Of a stretch of DNA of 64,000 nucleotides, positions 28,299-39,148 are shown one piece after another. Both the position numbers and the translations under genes were made by a program. This DNA comes from an uncultured Bacteroidia bacterium (GTDB taxonomy: Bacteria > Bacteroidota > Bacteroidia > JAIBAJ01): contig OZ260106.1 in assembly GCA_965284645.1 (NCBI GenBank), positions 2,815,747 through 2,879,746 of the forward strand, written 5' to 3'. The notes beneath the pieces were generated by a model. That model saw only the letters and a program-made list of their open reading frames with translations. It ran no database searches and was not told the origin of the DNA. Numbering within the stretch: the first letter of the stretch is position 1; the number at the start of each line of letters is the position of its first letter.

Positions 28299-29966
28299 AT
28301 GGATAAAAATCTGTGGCTAAAGAATTACCCGGAAGGTGTTCCGCATGAAGTAAGCCCTAATACATTTAATAATGTAGTCGAAATTTTTGAACAAAGTTGT
28401 AAGAACTACAGCGACCTACCTGCCTTTGAAAACATGGGCGCCGTATTGACTTATGCTGACTTAGAAAGGTTGGCTACCAACTTTGCTGCCTATCTTCAAA
28501 ACAAAACGGATTTGGTACCAGGCGATAAAATTGCCATTCAGATGCCAAATATTTTGCAATATCCCGTGGCCTTGTACGGAGCTATGAAAGCTGGATTGAT
28601 TGTGGTGAATACCAATCCGCTTTATACACCAAGGGAAATGGAATACCAATTCAAGGATTCAGGAGCAAAAGCCATTGTTATTGTGGCCAACTTTGCTGAT
28701 AGCCTTGAACAAGTAATAAAAAATACCTCTATCAAACATGTTTTCCTAACCGAAATCGGCGATTTGATGGGATTCCCAAAGAAACATATCGTCAATTTCG
28801 TTTTGAAATATGTTAAGAAAATGGTTCCAAGCTTTAACCTTCCGCAAGCCATTTCTTTTTCTTCTGCCTTGGCCGATAATGGGTTGAAGTTTAAAAAGGT
28901 AAAAATCCTACCGGATGATATAGCCTTCCTACAATATACCGGCGGTACAACTGGGGTTTCTAAAGGTGCCATTTTGAACCACTTCAATATTGTGGCTAAT
29001 ATGGAACAAATGAATGCTTGGATGCAAACTGCCGTGAAAGATAGAATTGAAGTTATCATCACGCCATTGCCGCTTTACCATATTTTCTCCTTAACGGTAA
29101 ACTGTTTAGGGTTTATGTCGAAAGGTGGTAAAAACGTTTTAATCACCAATCCAAGAGATATTCCAGGTTTCGTAAAAGAACTGAAAAAACACAAATTCAC
29201 TATCATTACAGGGGTGAATACATTGTTTAATGCATTACTTAATAATGAGGAGTTCAATAAATTGGATTTCAGTCATTTAAAAGTAACAGTTGGAGGTGCG
29301 ATGGCTGTTCAAAGACTGGTAGCCGAGCGTTGGAAAAAAGTAACTGGTTGTGTATTGACCGAGGGGTATGGTTTAACTGAAAGTTCACCTGCAGCATCAG
29401 CCAATCCAATCGTAGGAGGTAAGGATCGCATTGGTACCATAGGTTTGCCAATTCCTAGTACCGAATTCAAATTGATGGATGATGATGACCAAGAAGTTCC
29501 ATTGGGACAACCCGGTGAAATCTGGATTAAAGGTCCTCAAGTGATGCAGGGTTATTACAACAAACCAGATGAAACTGCAAAAGTGATTACAGTAGACGGC
29601 TGGCTAAAAACAGGTGATATAGCAATCTTCACTGAAGAAGGCTACTTCAAAATCGTGGATCGTAAAAAAGATATGATTTTGGTATCTGGATTTAATGTGT
29701 ATCCGAACGAAATCGAAGATGTTGTAGCTTCTTGTCCTGGAGTTTTGGAAGTAGCCGCTATCGGTATTCCGGACGAAAAATCAGGCGAAGTAGTGAAAAT
29801 CTTTGTAGTGAAAAAAGACCAAAGTTTGACCGAAGATGCGGTGATGGCTTATTGTAAAGAAAACCTAACTGGTTATAAATTACCTAAACACATCGAATTT
29901 AGAGCTGAACTTCCAAAAACCAACGTTGGTAAAATCCTTCGTAGGGCTTTGAGAGACCAGAAATAG
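28299..29966 (+). CDS. fadD: Long-chain-fatty-acid--CoA ligase
   Basis: AMP-binding signature [29 protein letters not shown], and a conserved C-terminal Lys. Confidence 0.9.
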   Translation: MDKNLWLKNYPEGVPHEVSPNTFNNVVEIFEQSCKNYSDLPAFENMGAVLTYADLERLATNFAAYLQNKTDLVPGDKIAIQMPNILQYPVALYGAMKAGLIVVNTNPLYTPREMEYQFKDSGAKAIVIVANFADSLEQVIKNTSIKHVFLTEIGDLMGFPKKHIVNFVLKYVKKMVPSFNLPQAISFSSALADNGLKFKKVKILPDDIAFLQYTGGTTGVSKGAILNHFNIVANMEQMNAWMQTAVKDRIEVIITPLPLYHIFSLTVNCLGFMSKGGKNVLITNPRDIPGFVKELKKHKFTIITGVNTLFNALLNNEEFNKLDFSHLKVTVGGAMAVQRLVAERWKKVTGCVLTEGYGLTESSPAASANPIVGGKDRIGTIGLPIPSTEFKLMDDDDQEVPLGQPGEIWIKGPQVMQGYYNKPDETAKVITVDGWLKTGDIAIFTEEGYFKIVDRKKDMILVSGFNVYPNEIEDVVASCPGVLEVAAIGIPDEKSGEVVKIFVVKKDQSLTEDAVMAYCKENLTGYKLPKHIEFRAELPKTNVGKILRRALRDQK

Positions 29967-29985
29967 TAAAAATTCACGCAAAACA

Positions 29986-30022
29986 AATGCCCAGTTATTC
30001 TGTAGCTGGGCATTTTTCTTTT
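29986..30022 (+). terminator. Rho-independent terminator after fadD
   Basis: AATGCCCAG / CTGGGCATT 9-bp stem, 11-nt loop, followed by TTTCTTTT. Confidence 0.6.
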
Positions 30023-30036
30023 AAATCCTGCTCCAA

Positions 30037-30648
30037 ATGTATATTCCTAAACAATTTTCTATGCCCGAAGGCGATGTGCTGGACTTTATTCGATCCAATC
30101 CATTCGGAATTTTAGTAACAGCAGCAGCAGATGGCATAAAGGCTACGCACATACCATTTCATGTAAAGGAAACAAACAATTCTTGGGTGCTTTGGGCCCA
30201 TTTAGCGGGTGCTAATCCACATGCTTCTTGCTTGTTGGAAAAGGAACATTTAGCTATATTTTCAGGTGTACACGCTTACGTTTCCTCTTCTTGGTACAAA
30301 AATGTAAATGTTTCTACCTGGAATTACGAGGCCGTGCATGTTACAGGAACTATCCAATTGCTTTCTGAATCAGAATTGTTGGAGGCGCTAAACGAACTAA
30401 CCAATTCCTATGAGCATGGACAAGAGTCGCCGCTCACATTAGACAAAATTCCAACAAAAATGGTTTCTGCTTATTTGAAGGAAATTGTAGGCTTCGCATT
30501 TCATCCCCAAAAGGTAGAAGCAAAGGCAAAGCTCAGCCAAAACCGCAACCGGCAGGATCATGCTTCCATTGTTTCTCACCTTGAAAAACAAGTTGACCCC
30601 TTAGCTCAAGAAGTGGCCAAAAAAATGAAGAAGAACCGACTAGGCTAG
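30037..30648 (+). CDS. paiB: PaiB-family FMN-binding negative transcriptional regulator
   Basis: MYIPKQFSMPEGDVLDFIRSNPFGILVT N-terminus typical of PaiB/YwhH-like proteins. 203 aa. Confidence 0.7.
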   Translation: MYIPKQFSMPEGDVLDFIRSNPFGILVTAAADGIKATHIPFHVKETNNSWVLWAHLAGANPHASCLLEKEHLAIFSGVHAYVSSSWYKNVNVSTWNYEAVHVTGTIQLLSESELLEALNELTNSYEHGQESPLTLDKIPTKMVSAYLKEIVGFAFHPQKVEAKAKLSQNRNRQDHASIVSHLEKQVDPLAQEVAKKMKKNRLG

Positions 30649-33600
30649 GAGGGAGGTCCTTCTTTTATTACTTCAACCCAAGTTCCTGATTTACGAGCAT
30701 AGTAAGAATTGTCGTACATCGCTTCTACGCTCGGACCTGAAAGGAAGAATTTACCCAAATAGGCAGCATTCAATTGAATTCGGTACACCTTGGTTTGGTT
30801 CTTTCCTAAATTGAAATAGGTATAAACCCTATCATCCCTAATATCTTGGTAAGTGAAATCGCTGTTGGCAACTTGCGCTCCTAAATTGGTGTTGTCTTCC
30901 ATGCGCACATTTCTGATTTCCCATCCCGAAGCAAACACCTGCGACAAGGCCAATTGACGAATATCGATTCCTGACATGGCATTGGCTAGGGTAACTTCGG
31001 CCACAAAGTCTGTACCTTGGTTCAAGTGGCTTATGTCAATAGGATTGCCTTTTAGGTCTTTATAGGTGACTTTCATTTCCATATTAGATGATTCGTCCTT
31101 GGTTTGCTCAAAACTGGGTCGTCCGGTGGTCGTTAACTGAATGAACATTGGGCCTGCTCCTGCATCATTCTTAATGGTGATTTTTCCGAAAGGTTTGGCA
31201 TTTAAATCAATGGATTTTTTGAAACTCAATCCGGTGGTTTTAATACGGGTGTTGGTTCCGTTAATACTTAAGCTTCCCGATAATCCTTTTTGCTTGGAAT
31301 TGCCAACGAATTTGCTCATAGCCATTAAACTATAAGCGGTAGTTTGGGTACTGTAATAAGCATCCCTGTTTAATTCCAAGGCTAATTCTTTGGCTTTCAT
31401 TCCAGCTAATCCGGTTTGTCCCAGCAGTAGCATGGTTTCCAAAATCATGGCATCATCCCGTGTGCTTGAACCAAAGCTATAATCCATTTCCCTGTAGGGT
31501 TTTACTTTATTGGCTTGGTTTTGAACTAATTTCAGGGCCACATCTTTTTGTCCGGCCAAGGCATATGCGGCTGCCAATCGCCACCTTGCCTGGAGACTCA
31601 GGTTAGCTTTTTCTCGTAATCGGTTCATGGCGCTTAATACCGGAACTTTGGCTAAGGCCAAGGTATACAAGCGATAGGCTTGGGTATGGTCATCGTCGGA
31701 ATAATAATAATTCAAATACGCATTTGGTCTCCAGCTTAGGGCCGCCTTCTTTTGGAATTCAATCCATTTTGATTTCCAGCCGCTGGGTAAACTGTAGCCT
31801 TGAGCTTCGGCTTCCAACATAAAATGTCCACTGTAATTGCTTCCCCAATGGTTTGGATCATTTTCCCCCGGCCAATAACTCATTCCGCCATCCGTAGTTT
31901 GGAACCCTTTCAGGCGTTTAATTCCTTCTATGATATTTTTATCAATTGTGGCTTTGCGGTTTGGATCCAAATCCATAACCTTGCTTAAATACAATTGAGG
32001 GAAAACGGAAGATGTAGTTTGTTCTACACAGCCATGTGGGTAAACAATCAAATAATCCAGTCGCTTTTCTAGGTTGAAATTTTGAATGCCCGAGACTTCT
32101 ATGGTAGCTTTGTTTGTGCCAGCCGAACCAAATGAAGCGTAGTCAAGGCTGATGGATTGTCCGGCTGGAACCACCTGATTCGAGGTTCTTGAAACAGGCA
32201 TATTGGGGTTTCTAACCTCGATTTCAATTTCATCTTTCGAATGGTGACTACCTGAACTGGCTTCCACGGCAATTTTTGTAACCCCTACACTGTTTTTTAC
32301 TTTCAATTCAAAGGTTGCTACTTGGTCGCCAACTTCATTAAAGGTTAAGGATTGAGTAGGATTGGAAACAACTGAAACTAGATTTCCTGCCTTTACCTTG
32401 AGGGTAACGTTTTTAACCGATTTTTCCATGGCAAACACCGTAACCGGAAGTTTTACAGTTTCTTCTGGTCCGAGTACTCTTGGCAAAGTAGCCAGTACCA
32501 TTAAAGGTTTTCTAACTGCAACTGTTTTTTCGGCTAGGCCATAGGCTCCATCTTGTCCGGCCACTACCATAACCCTCACCGAACCTACATATGGTGGAAC
32601 ATCGATAGCGTGGTTCTTGGTTTGTCCGGCTGGAAGGTAAAAAGGACCAACGAAACGTACCATAGGTTTAAAGCGGTTGGCTTTGGAACCTTCTTTGCCA
32701 TGTAAGCCTTCATCACCTCCAATTCCTAAAACGGTTTCAATTTCGCCGGCCCAAGCTCCAATTACTTGGTCGAACAAATCCCAAGTCCTTACGCCAAGCG
32801 CCTCTCTGGCATAAAAACTTTCCCAGGCATCCGGAGTTTTGAATCGGGTAAGGTCCAACAAGCCTTCATCCACAATGGCTAAGGTATAGGTCATTGCCTT
32901 GCCATTGGCTTCGCTAATTTTTACATTGGTTTTGCTTTCCGGTTGCAAAACTTCAGCCATGGAAATACTAGGTTTCAGGTGGGTATTGGGATCTTCTATC
33001 CGTATTGGAATAACGCCATATTGCCGAATGGGCAAATCATTAATGGTTTGCTTAAAAGGCTGCACCAGGGTGACATACGCATAAATATTCGGTGTCATTT
33101 CGGAAGAAGCTTTGAATTTTACTTCATTTTGTCCCTTGTTTAGGCTCACCCAAAAGGCTTTTAGCACTCTTGAGCCCGTTTCTAGGCTTATCAGTGCACG
33201 GCTGTTTTCCATGGCCGGAATGGAAAGTTTGATGTCATCGCCAGGGGCAAAAACCTCCTTGTTGGCACTAAAGTTCACGGTCGAAGGTGCTTTTCCGCCA
33301 TCACCTTCTCGGGTCCACCAATTTTCCCAATCAAACCAAACTTCGGAGCTGGTGCAATGTCCGCTTTCCAAATCGGTAATGCTTAGGCGGTACCTTCCCC
33401 AATCATCATTTTCGATTTTGAAGTTAAAATTACAGGTTCCATTGCTGCCGGTAGTTTCTTCGAGTTCAATCTTTTGATCGCCATATTCATAACTTTCGTA
33501 ATCGTAGTCGCCATCTTCATTGTCCCACCACCATCTCCAGGATAATTTCTTAAGAACCATTTTTAATCTTCGTCCATTGGCTGCTGCTCCTTTTTCTGTA

Positions 33601-36254
33601 ACGGAAATAGCCTTTATAGTTTGGTCTTTTCCGGTTACCAAAGGTTTGGGTTGAAGGGCATCACCAGGTTTGATAAATCCTGCATAGTGGGAATATGGAG
33701 AATAATCCAAGGAGTATTTGTCTATACTAAAATTACCTCCTTCTTCATAAACCCTCGTTTTAAAATAAACCCTGGCCATACCGTTGCCTTTGGCTTGGTC
33801 ATTGAATTGGAGTTTGAAATTTGTTGCTCCATTTTCATCCAAACGCCCATCAAAAACACTGGTTTCTTCACTTTCCAATTTACTGATATTGTTTTCGAAA
33901 TAGTAATTTTTAAAGGCTTTAAATTCGGTTGGAATTTTAGAGAAACTCATATTGACATCAGCCTTTAGGTTTCGGGCAGGTGTGCCATGCAACCAATTGG
34001 AAGTTAAATGGATGGATGGGGCTGTTTCATTGGAGTAGTATTTTTCCGTTCCGGGATCAAGCTTGATTTTGAGTCGATTAGGCATAACCGTTTCAATTTT
34101 CAAAGTTTTGGAAAAATTGGTGGATCCTACCTTGAAATTGGCTGTCCAGTTTCCGGTTGGACTGCCTTTTTCGGTAACCACTGTGAAATTGTAAAAACCA
34201 TTGAGGGGATTGGCTTTTACCATTCGATGGAACAATTGTCCTTGGGGTGTAAGCAGTTCCATGGTTACCGGGAAATTCTTAGGAAGTTTTTTAAGCTTAT
34301 CTTCTAAAATCAAGGTCAGGAAAAGGCTATCGCCAGGTCTCCAAACACCTCTTTCACCATAAATAAAGGCCTTTATTCCTTTTTGAACCGTTTCGCCACC
34401 AATATCGAACATGCCCAATTGTTGGTTCGACCATTCATCCACTTTTAAATAGCCTCTTTCTTTTCCTTTTTTAGCAACCAAAATAAAGGGATTGGTTTTA
34501 AGGGTTGTCAAAACCAGGCCTTCGTCGTTGGTAACACCTGTGAATATCAATTGTTTTTGAAAATCATAAACTTCCACGGTAATACCTGCCAAGGGTTGGG
34601 TTGTATTCAAATTGTTTACCGCCACCATGAAGGTATTGTCGTTGCCACGTTTGGCGACCATGCCAAAATTTGAAGCCAAAATATTTCGGGATTGTGCACC
34701 AGCTTCGCGGTAATAGGCAGCATTGCAAGGATTGTTGCGTTGCGACCAGTCGTAGCCAGATTCATATGCATCATAATCCATTTCTGAATAGTCGTTGTAA
34801 TAGCCCCAACGTGTAGGCCCAACTTCCTCTTCTTGAGTAGATTTAAGTTCTTCCAATTCGATGGGTTTGTTTTCCTGTCCGGGACAATCGCAAATGCCAA
34901 AACTTTTTTTGAAGCTTAAACTAACCCTGTAAATGGCTCCAGGCTCGGTTTTTACCAAGGATGAAATATCGATGCCATACCTTTTCCATTCGTTCGAAAC
35001 AGTAGTGGAATTGTTTAAGAGAATAGTCTTTTTCCGAACGACCTTTCCAACCCTGCTCAGTTCTCTGTCTTCGTTTAAGGCATTGGTTTGGAGGAACTGG
35101 GTAATATTGTTTTCAAAAATCTTTACCACTTTTACATCTACTGCCTTAAGGTTAATGGCTTCGAAGGGCAAAACCAAACCTTTGCCATCGGGCAATATGC
35201 TGCCCGAACCAAGAATTTTTACAGCGGGCGAATTATTGGAAAAGGAAACGGTGGAGGCATAATCGCTGCCCAGTTTCTTGCCTTTGGCATTGGCAAGGTC
35301 GCCTAAAACGCGCAAGGTATAGGTTCCAGAAACCTTAGTGGAGGTGTATAATCTGACCTCGTTATGGGCATGGTAATATTTGAGATCACTTAATCCTTCT
35401 ATTTCGAACAAACCATTCGGAATTAAGCCTTCAGACAAGATATCTGAAAACTGTATCGAAATGTATTGATCACCTGCATTCACGGCTTTTACCCGGGTAA
35501 CTTTAAAGGTGGAGAGCGATGGAATTTCCACGTTGATCAATCCATCCTTTTCTAATCCGATCGACGAAGCATTGTATTGAATCTGCACTTCGGATGCTGC
35601 TTCTCCACGGTTGATGCTGTCGATGGTAAAGGTGTGGGTGCGTTGGTCGGTACTGTGCACCCAACTAGAATTCAGTTTGTCGCGACCTTGTCCGAATTTA
35701 AAAAAGCCTTCCAATTGTTGTCCGTCGATAGCATCAGCTGTTTTTACGGTACCTAAAATTCCAACTTTGTTTTCCAGACTTAGGGAATAACCGGCCACAT
35801 GGTCGATTTCCACTTCAATGGCTTGTTGGATGGTTTTAAAGGCAAAGTTGAAAGACTTTAAATCCTCTTTTACCGGAAGCAGTTTGTCGAGCTTGAAACT
35901 GGCCTTATACACCTGATCGGAGGGAAGTTTTTGATCGGGTCTGAATTCGATTGTTTTGGAATCGGTCCACACCACTTTTCCAGCAATCGAAGGTTCAAAG
36001 TCGAAATATTCGTTCGGAACTGGTGTATTCAATTCCACCGGTATTCCTACATCGGCAGAAAGGAGGATTTTTACCGGACTTTGGGTTGAAATGACCCCGG
36101 CGGTAAACGCTTGGATGTATTCAGCAAATTCCGGATTGATAGGAGGGAAGAGCTCCGAATGAATAGCGCGGGCATTGCTGCAATGAAAGGATTTAAAAGT
36201 AGATAAAGAAATGAGGATGCCTCCAAGAAGGCTGAGGATGAATATCCGTTTCAT
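30645..36254 (-). CDS. Bacterial alpha-2-macroglobulin family protein with intact thioester motif (GCVEQ)
   Basis: 1869 aa. Signal peptide. MG/bMG domains. Thioester YPHGCVEQTTSSVFPQLYL. Receptor-binding-like C-terminal domain. No pbpC neighbour. 4-bp convergent overlap with paiB. Confidence 0.9.
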   Translation of the reverse strand: MKRIFILSLLGGILISLSTFKSFHCSNARAIHSELFPPINPEFAEYIQAFTAGVISTQSPVKILLSADVGIPVELNTPVPNEYFDFEPSIAGKVVWTDSKTIEFRPDQKLPSDQVYKASFKLDKLLPVKEDLKSFNFAFKTIQQAIEVEIDHVAGYSLSLENKVGILGTVKTADAIDGQQLEGFFKFGQGRDKLNSSWVHSTDQRTHTFTIDSINRGEAASEVQIQYNASSIGLEKDGLINVEIPSLSTFKVTRVKAVNAGDQYISIQFSDILSEGLIPNGLFEIEGLSDLKYYHAHNEVRLYTSTKVSGTYTLRVLGDLANAKGKKLGSDYASTVSFSNNSPAVKILGSGSILPDGKGLVLPFEAINLKAVDVKVVKIFENNITQFLQTNALNEDRELSRVGKVVRKKTILLNNSTTVSNEWKRYGIDISSLVKTEPGAIYRVSLSFKKSFGICDCPGQENKPIELEELKSTQEEEVGPTRWGYYNDYSEMDYDAYESGYDWSQRNNPCNAAYYREAGAQSRNILASNFGMVAKRGNDNTFMVAVNNLNTTQPLAGITVEVYDFQKQLIFTGVTNDEGLVLTTLKTNPFILVAKKGKERGYLKVDEWSNQQLGMFDIGGETVQKGIKAFIYGERGVWRPGDSLFLTLILEDKLKKLPKNFPVTMELLTPQGQLFHRMVKANPLNGFYNFTVVTEKGSPTGNWTANFKVGSTNFSKTLKIETVMPNRLKIKLDPGTEKYYSNETAPSIHLTSNWLHGTPARNLKADVNMSFSKIPTEFKAFKNYYFENNISKLESEETSVFDGRLDENGATNFKLQFNDQAKGNGMARVYFKTRVYEEGGNFSIDKYSLDYSPYSHYAGFIKPGDALQPKPLVTGKDQTIKAISVTEKGAAANGRRLKMVLKKLSWRWWWDNEDGDYDYESYEYGDQKIELEETTGSNGTCNFNFKIENDDWGRYRLSITDLESGHCTSSEVWFDWENWWTREGDGGKAPSTVNFSANKEVFAPGDDIKLSIPAMENSRALISLETGSRVLKAFWVSLNKGQNEVKFKASSEMTPNIYAYVTLVQPFKQTINDLPIRQYGVIPIRIEDPNTHLKPSISMAEVLQPESKTNVKISEANGKAMTYTLAIVDEGLLDLTRFKTPDAWESFYAREALGVRTWDLFDQVIGAWAGEIETVLGIGGDEGLHGKEGSKANRFKPMVRFVGPFYLPAGQTKNHAIDVPPYVGSVRVMVVAGQDGAYGLAEKTVAVRKPLMVLATLPRVLGPEETVKLPVTVFAMEKSVKNVTLKVKAGNLVSVVSNPTQSLTFNEVGDQVATFELKVKNSVGVTKIAVEASSGSHHSKDEIEIEVRNPNMPVSRTSNQVVPAGQSISLDYASFGSAGTNKATIEVSGIQNFNLEKRLDYLIVYPHGCVEQTTSSVFPQLYLSKVMDLDPNRKATIDKNIIEGIKRLKGFQTTDGGMSYWPGENDPNHWGSNYSGHFMLEAEAQGYSLPSGWKSKWIEFQKKAALSWRPNAYLNYYYSDDDHTQAYRLYTLALAKVPVLSAMNRLREKANLSLQARWRLAAAYALAGQKDVALKLVQNQANKVKPYREMDYSFGSSTRDDAMILETMLLLGQTGLAGMKAKELALELNRDAYYSTQTTAYSLMAMSKFVGNSKQKGLSGSLSINGTNTRIKTTGLSFKKSIDLNAKPFGKITIKNDAGAGPMFIQLTTTGRPSFEQTKDESSNMEMKVTYKDLKGNPIDISHLNQGTDFVAEVTLANAMSGIDIRQLALSQVFASGWEIRNVRMEDNTNLGAQVANSDFTYQDIRDDRVYTYFNLGKNQTKVYRIQLNAAYLGKFFLSGPSVEAMYDNSYYARKSGTWVEVIKEGPPS

Positions 36255-36451
36255 GGATAAATAGGTTATAGTTTGGAAAACGTTGAAAAACAGGGTTTTA
36301 TTTTAGAATTAACCAAAGAAATCCGGGCATTTTTTTACCCGATTTTGGTTTGAAAATCCAAGCTAAAATTAAAGAGGAAAGAAAAGTGTACAGAAAATAG
36401 TTTTCAAAAAGAAACCAACAACGAACGAACTAAGATGCACCTAAGAGCGAA

Positions 36452-37177
36452 CTATTGCAATTTTTTCATGGACTCGATTTCGGAGTACAAAGCCCTGTCT
36501 TCTTCAGCCGAAACAAGGTCACCCATTTTGATTTTGGCCATGGCCCTGTTATAATAAGCCATGGAGAATTTAGGGTCGAGTTCGATGGCAATTGAATAAT
36601 CGGAAAGAGCCCCGTCGTAATCCATAAGTTTACGTTTTGCCATACCCCGGTTATTAAAGTAAATGGGATTGTTGGCCTGGAAGGAAATAGCCTTGGTATA
36701 CATTTGAATAGCAAGTTCGAATTGTCCTTTTTTACGGTAAACCACCCCGAGGGCATTGTAGCCTTCCGCAAAATTAGGATTTAGTAAAAGTGCTTTCCTA
36801 ATATCGTTTTCTTCACCAATGGTATCGCGGTAAAGTCCTTTTATAACAGAACGGTTCAGGTAAGCTTCAAAAAGATTTGGGTCGTATTCAAGTGCTTTGT
36901 TGTAATCGGCCAGGGCGCCTTCAAAATCTTTCATCTCCTTTTTTGCCTTGCCTCGGTTACAATAAGCTATGGCATAGGTTGGACTTAAGGAAAGTGCGAA
37001 GGAATAGTTTTCAATGGCTGATTTATAGTTTCCTTCCACTTGGTTATCGTCGCCTGATGCTGTAAACTGCTTGGAATAGATTAAGTTTTCCTCAACAGAA
37101 CCTGATGTAGTTGATTTTTTGCAACTACTCAAAAACAGCAATGCACAGAAGAATATGCTACAGATGGATTTCATCAT
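36452..37177 (-). CDS. TPR-repeat lipoprotein
   Basis: Lipobox LFLSSC. Five or more 34-aa TPR units (AIAYCNRGKAKKEMKDFEGALADYNKALEYDPN...). Confidence 0.75.
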   Translation of the reverse strand: MMKSICSIFFCALLFLSSCKKSTTSGSVEENLIYSKQFTASGDDNQVEGNYKSAIENYSFALSLSPTYAIAYCNRGKAKKEMKDFEGALADYNKALEYDPNLFEAYLNRSVIKGLYRDTIGEENDIRKALLLNPNFAEGYNALGVVYRKKGQFELAIQMYTKAISFQANNPIYFNNRGMAKRKLMDYDGALSDYSIAIELDPKFSMAYYNRAMAKIKMGDLVSAEEDRALYSEIESMKKLQ

Positions 37178-37249
37178 GAAAACTTTGGCAAGTTTATGAA
37201 TTTTTCGCTAAATTGTTATTTTAATCGTCGAACGACCTGAAATTATCCA

Positions 37250-37706
37250 TAAACCCAGATTACGCATTAGAAATACATAAACGATTAACCAGTTGTAAAT
37301 CAATTTGGATGGCCAAATTGATAACAACTGCTATCCCGAAATTTCTTCGGGAGGGGTAAACCCAACTAAATCAAGTAGTTCGGATTTTTAAATCCTCCTA
37401 TTGATTAATTTGGGATAAAAAAGGGTATGCATGATTTATCAATGAAGGGAATTTGAATAGGACCAGCCCTATTTTGGGGGAAGCCCTTAGAAGAAGCCAA
37501 AATTGAAATGCAAAACTAAAATACTTCGCCAACAACCGGGCACGAAGACCAATCGGGCAGGGATAGCAGTGGAAAGCCCGCAAACCAGCCGTAGCGCAGC
37601 AAGCTGGTTGAGGACTTGGAACGAATAGCCCGACCATTCGCCCAGCACAACTATTAAATCTGGGTAGAATGGAGCTGGCGAATGGGGCCCGCCAAATAAA
37701 AAAAAG
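37250..37706 (+). repeat. Mosaic repeat locus 5: module A (plus, 37250-37418) + 135-bp spacer + module B (plus, 37554-37706)
   Basis: A: AAACCCAGATTACGCATTAGAAATACATAAACG...TTGATTAATTTGGGATAAAA. B: CGGGCAGGGATAGCAGTGGAAAGCCCGC-[AACCAGCCGTAGCGCAGCAAGCTGGTT hairpin]-GAGGACTTGGAACGAATAGCCCGACCATTCGCC...GGCGAATGGGGCCCGCCAAATAAAAAAAAG. Confidence 0.85.
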
Positions 37707-37820
37707 AAGGGTTAAAGTCTCGTTTAAGCATCGGGGTACAATTTGGATTTGCATTCAAAATTTCCATAATCCAGCCTTGGGTATCGAATCGGGAGGGGAA
37801 AAGTTTACCTTTGTCCTGCA

Positions 37821-38384
37821 ATGCACACTGTGGAGCCATTTTTTCAATGGGATAGTTTATATTCTGCCGAAACGGATCCGTATTCTCCATTTTATGGTGT
37901 GGAGCATAGTGAATTTTACTATTCCAAGACACTTTACAATTATTATATTCATCCGCAGTGGGAGGAATTTGGTTCGTCAACCCTTTATTTAAAGGTTTTA
38001 TTTGCCGAATATGATGATTTTGGCGGGGTAATTTTGGAAATGATGGGTGAATGGAACGATGCTTTGCACAATGATATCATGCATTTGAAGCGTGAAGTGG
38101 TGGATCATTTTGTGTCGAGAGGCATACAAAAATTTATTGTCATAGGGGAGAATGTGCTCAATTTTCATAGTTCGGAAGAAGATTATTACCAAGAATGGCA
38201 GGAAGATGTGGAGGAAGGGTGGATTGTTTTTGTGAATTTCAGGAGGCATGTATGGCAAGAAATGAAACAGGCCAGGTTGGGATATTATGTTGAACTTTTG
38301 CCTGATGAGATCAATTGGAGACGGTCTCAGCCAATGGAATTATTACATCAAGTAGATAGCTTTATAAATCGAAGAATCAATTAA
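37821..38384 (+). CDS. Hypothetical protein (acidic, Trp/Tyr-rich)
   Basis: 187-aa ORF directly upstream of, and same strand as, rlmB. No recognised domain. Confidence 0.4.
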   Translation: MHTVEPFFQWDSLYSAETDPYSPFYGVEHSEFYYSKTLYNYYIHPQWEEFGSSTLYLKVLFAEYDDFGGVILEMMGEWNDALHNDIMHLKREVVDHFVSRGIQKFIVIGENVLNFHSSEEDYYQEWQEDVEEGWIVFVNFRRHVWQEMKQARLGYYVELLPDEINWRRSQPMELLHQVDSFINRRIN

Positions 38385-38388
38385 TTAA

Positions 38389-39135
38389 ATGGAAAACAGG
38401 ACTAAGTCGGGAATACTATTTGGAATCCATCCGGTAATGGAGGCCTTGAAAGCGGGAAAGGAATTGGAATGCGTGTTTATTCAATCGGGATTGCGGGGAC
38501 AAGGATTTCAGGAGCTGACCAAACTGATTGCGGAGAAGAAGGCTGTGGTGAAGCATGTTCCGATTCAAAAGTTGAACCAATTTACCCGGTCTAATCACCA
38601 AGGCGTTGTGGCTATTGTTTCGGAAATCGACTATCAGCCATTGGAAGAAATTGTGGCCAGTATATTTGAGCGAGGTGAAAATCCATTGGTGGTGGTATTG
38701 GATCGCATAACCGACACCCGTAATTTGGGCGCTATTGCCCGTACGGCCGAGAGTGCTGGGGCGCATGCGATTGTGGTGCCTACCCAAGGTTCGGCTATGA
38801 TTAACGGAGATACTGTAAAAACCAGTGCAGGGGCTTTGAACCACTTGCCGGTTTGTAAGGTGAAGAACCTGACCGATGCGGTGGTGTACCTAAAAACTTC
38901 GGGTTTGCAGATTGTGGCAGCTACCGAGAAATCAAAGCTGAATTATTACCAAACGGATTTTACCAACCCGACCGCTATTTTGATGGGATCGGAAGAAACA
39001 GGTATTTCTTCCAATCTTTTTAAATTATGTGATGCCGAAGTGAAAATTCCAATGCTGGGACAAACCGGAAGTTTGAATGTATCGGTGGCTGCCGGGGTTT
39101 TGCTGTACGAAGCGGTAAGGCAACGCTTGCAATAA
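38389..39135 (+). CDS. rlmB: 23S rRNA (guanosine-2'-O)-methyltransferase, TrmH/SpoU family
   Basis: SPOUT motifs: VVLDRITDTRNLGAIARTAESAGAH, LMGSEETGIS, GQTGSLNVSVAAGVLLYE. Confidence 0.8.
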   Translation: MENRTKSGILFGIHPVMEALKAGKELECVFIQSGLRGQGFQELTKLIAEKKAVVKHVPIQKLNQFTRSNHQGVVAIVSEIDYQPLEEIVASIFERGENPLVVVLDRITDTRNLGAIARTAESAGAHAIVVPTQGSAMINGDTVKTSAGALNHLPVCKVKNLTDAVVYLKTSGLQIVAATEKSKLNYYQTDFTNPTAILMGSEETGISSNLFKLCDAEVKIPMLGQTGSLNVSVAAGVLLYEAVRQRLQ

Positions 39136-39148
39136 GAAATGGAATAAA

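Noticed and set aside
30645-36254. Numerous 60-120-aa ORFs on the + strand inside the alpha-2-macroglobulin gene (e.g. 33112-33477, 33621-33968, 34933-35262)
   Set aside because: Antisense to a long ORF with clear homology. No independent signals. Typical shadow ORFs. The same applies to antisense ORFs inside korA, E2, parE, fadD, the TonB receptor and others.
37681-37706. GGCGAATGGGGCCCGCC hairpin + A/T run at the end of B modules, considered as rho-independent terminators
   Set aside because: On the module strand the hairpin is followed by an A-run, not a U-run. On the opposite strand the T-run precedes the hairpin. Neither orientation gives hairpin-then-U-tract, so it is not called a terminator, although weak bidirectional effects cannot be excluded.
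37669-37992. 107-aa + strand ORF overlapping repeat module B and the start of ORF 37821
   Set aside because: It reads through repeat sequence, overlaps a better-supported ORF, and has a low-complexity product.
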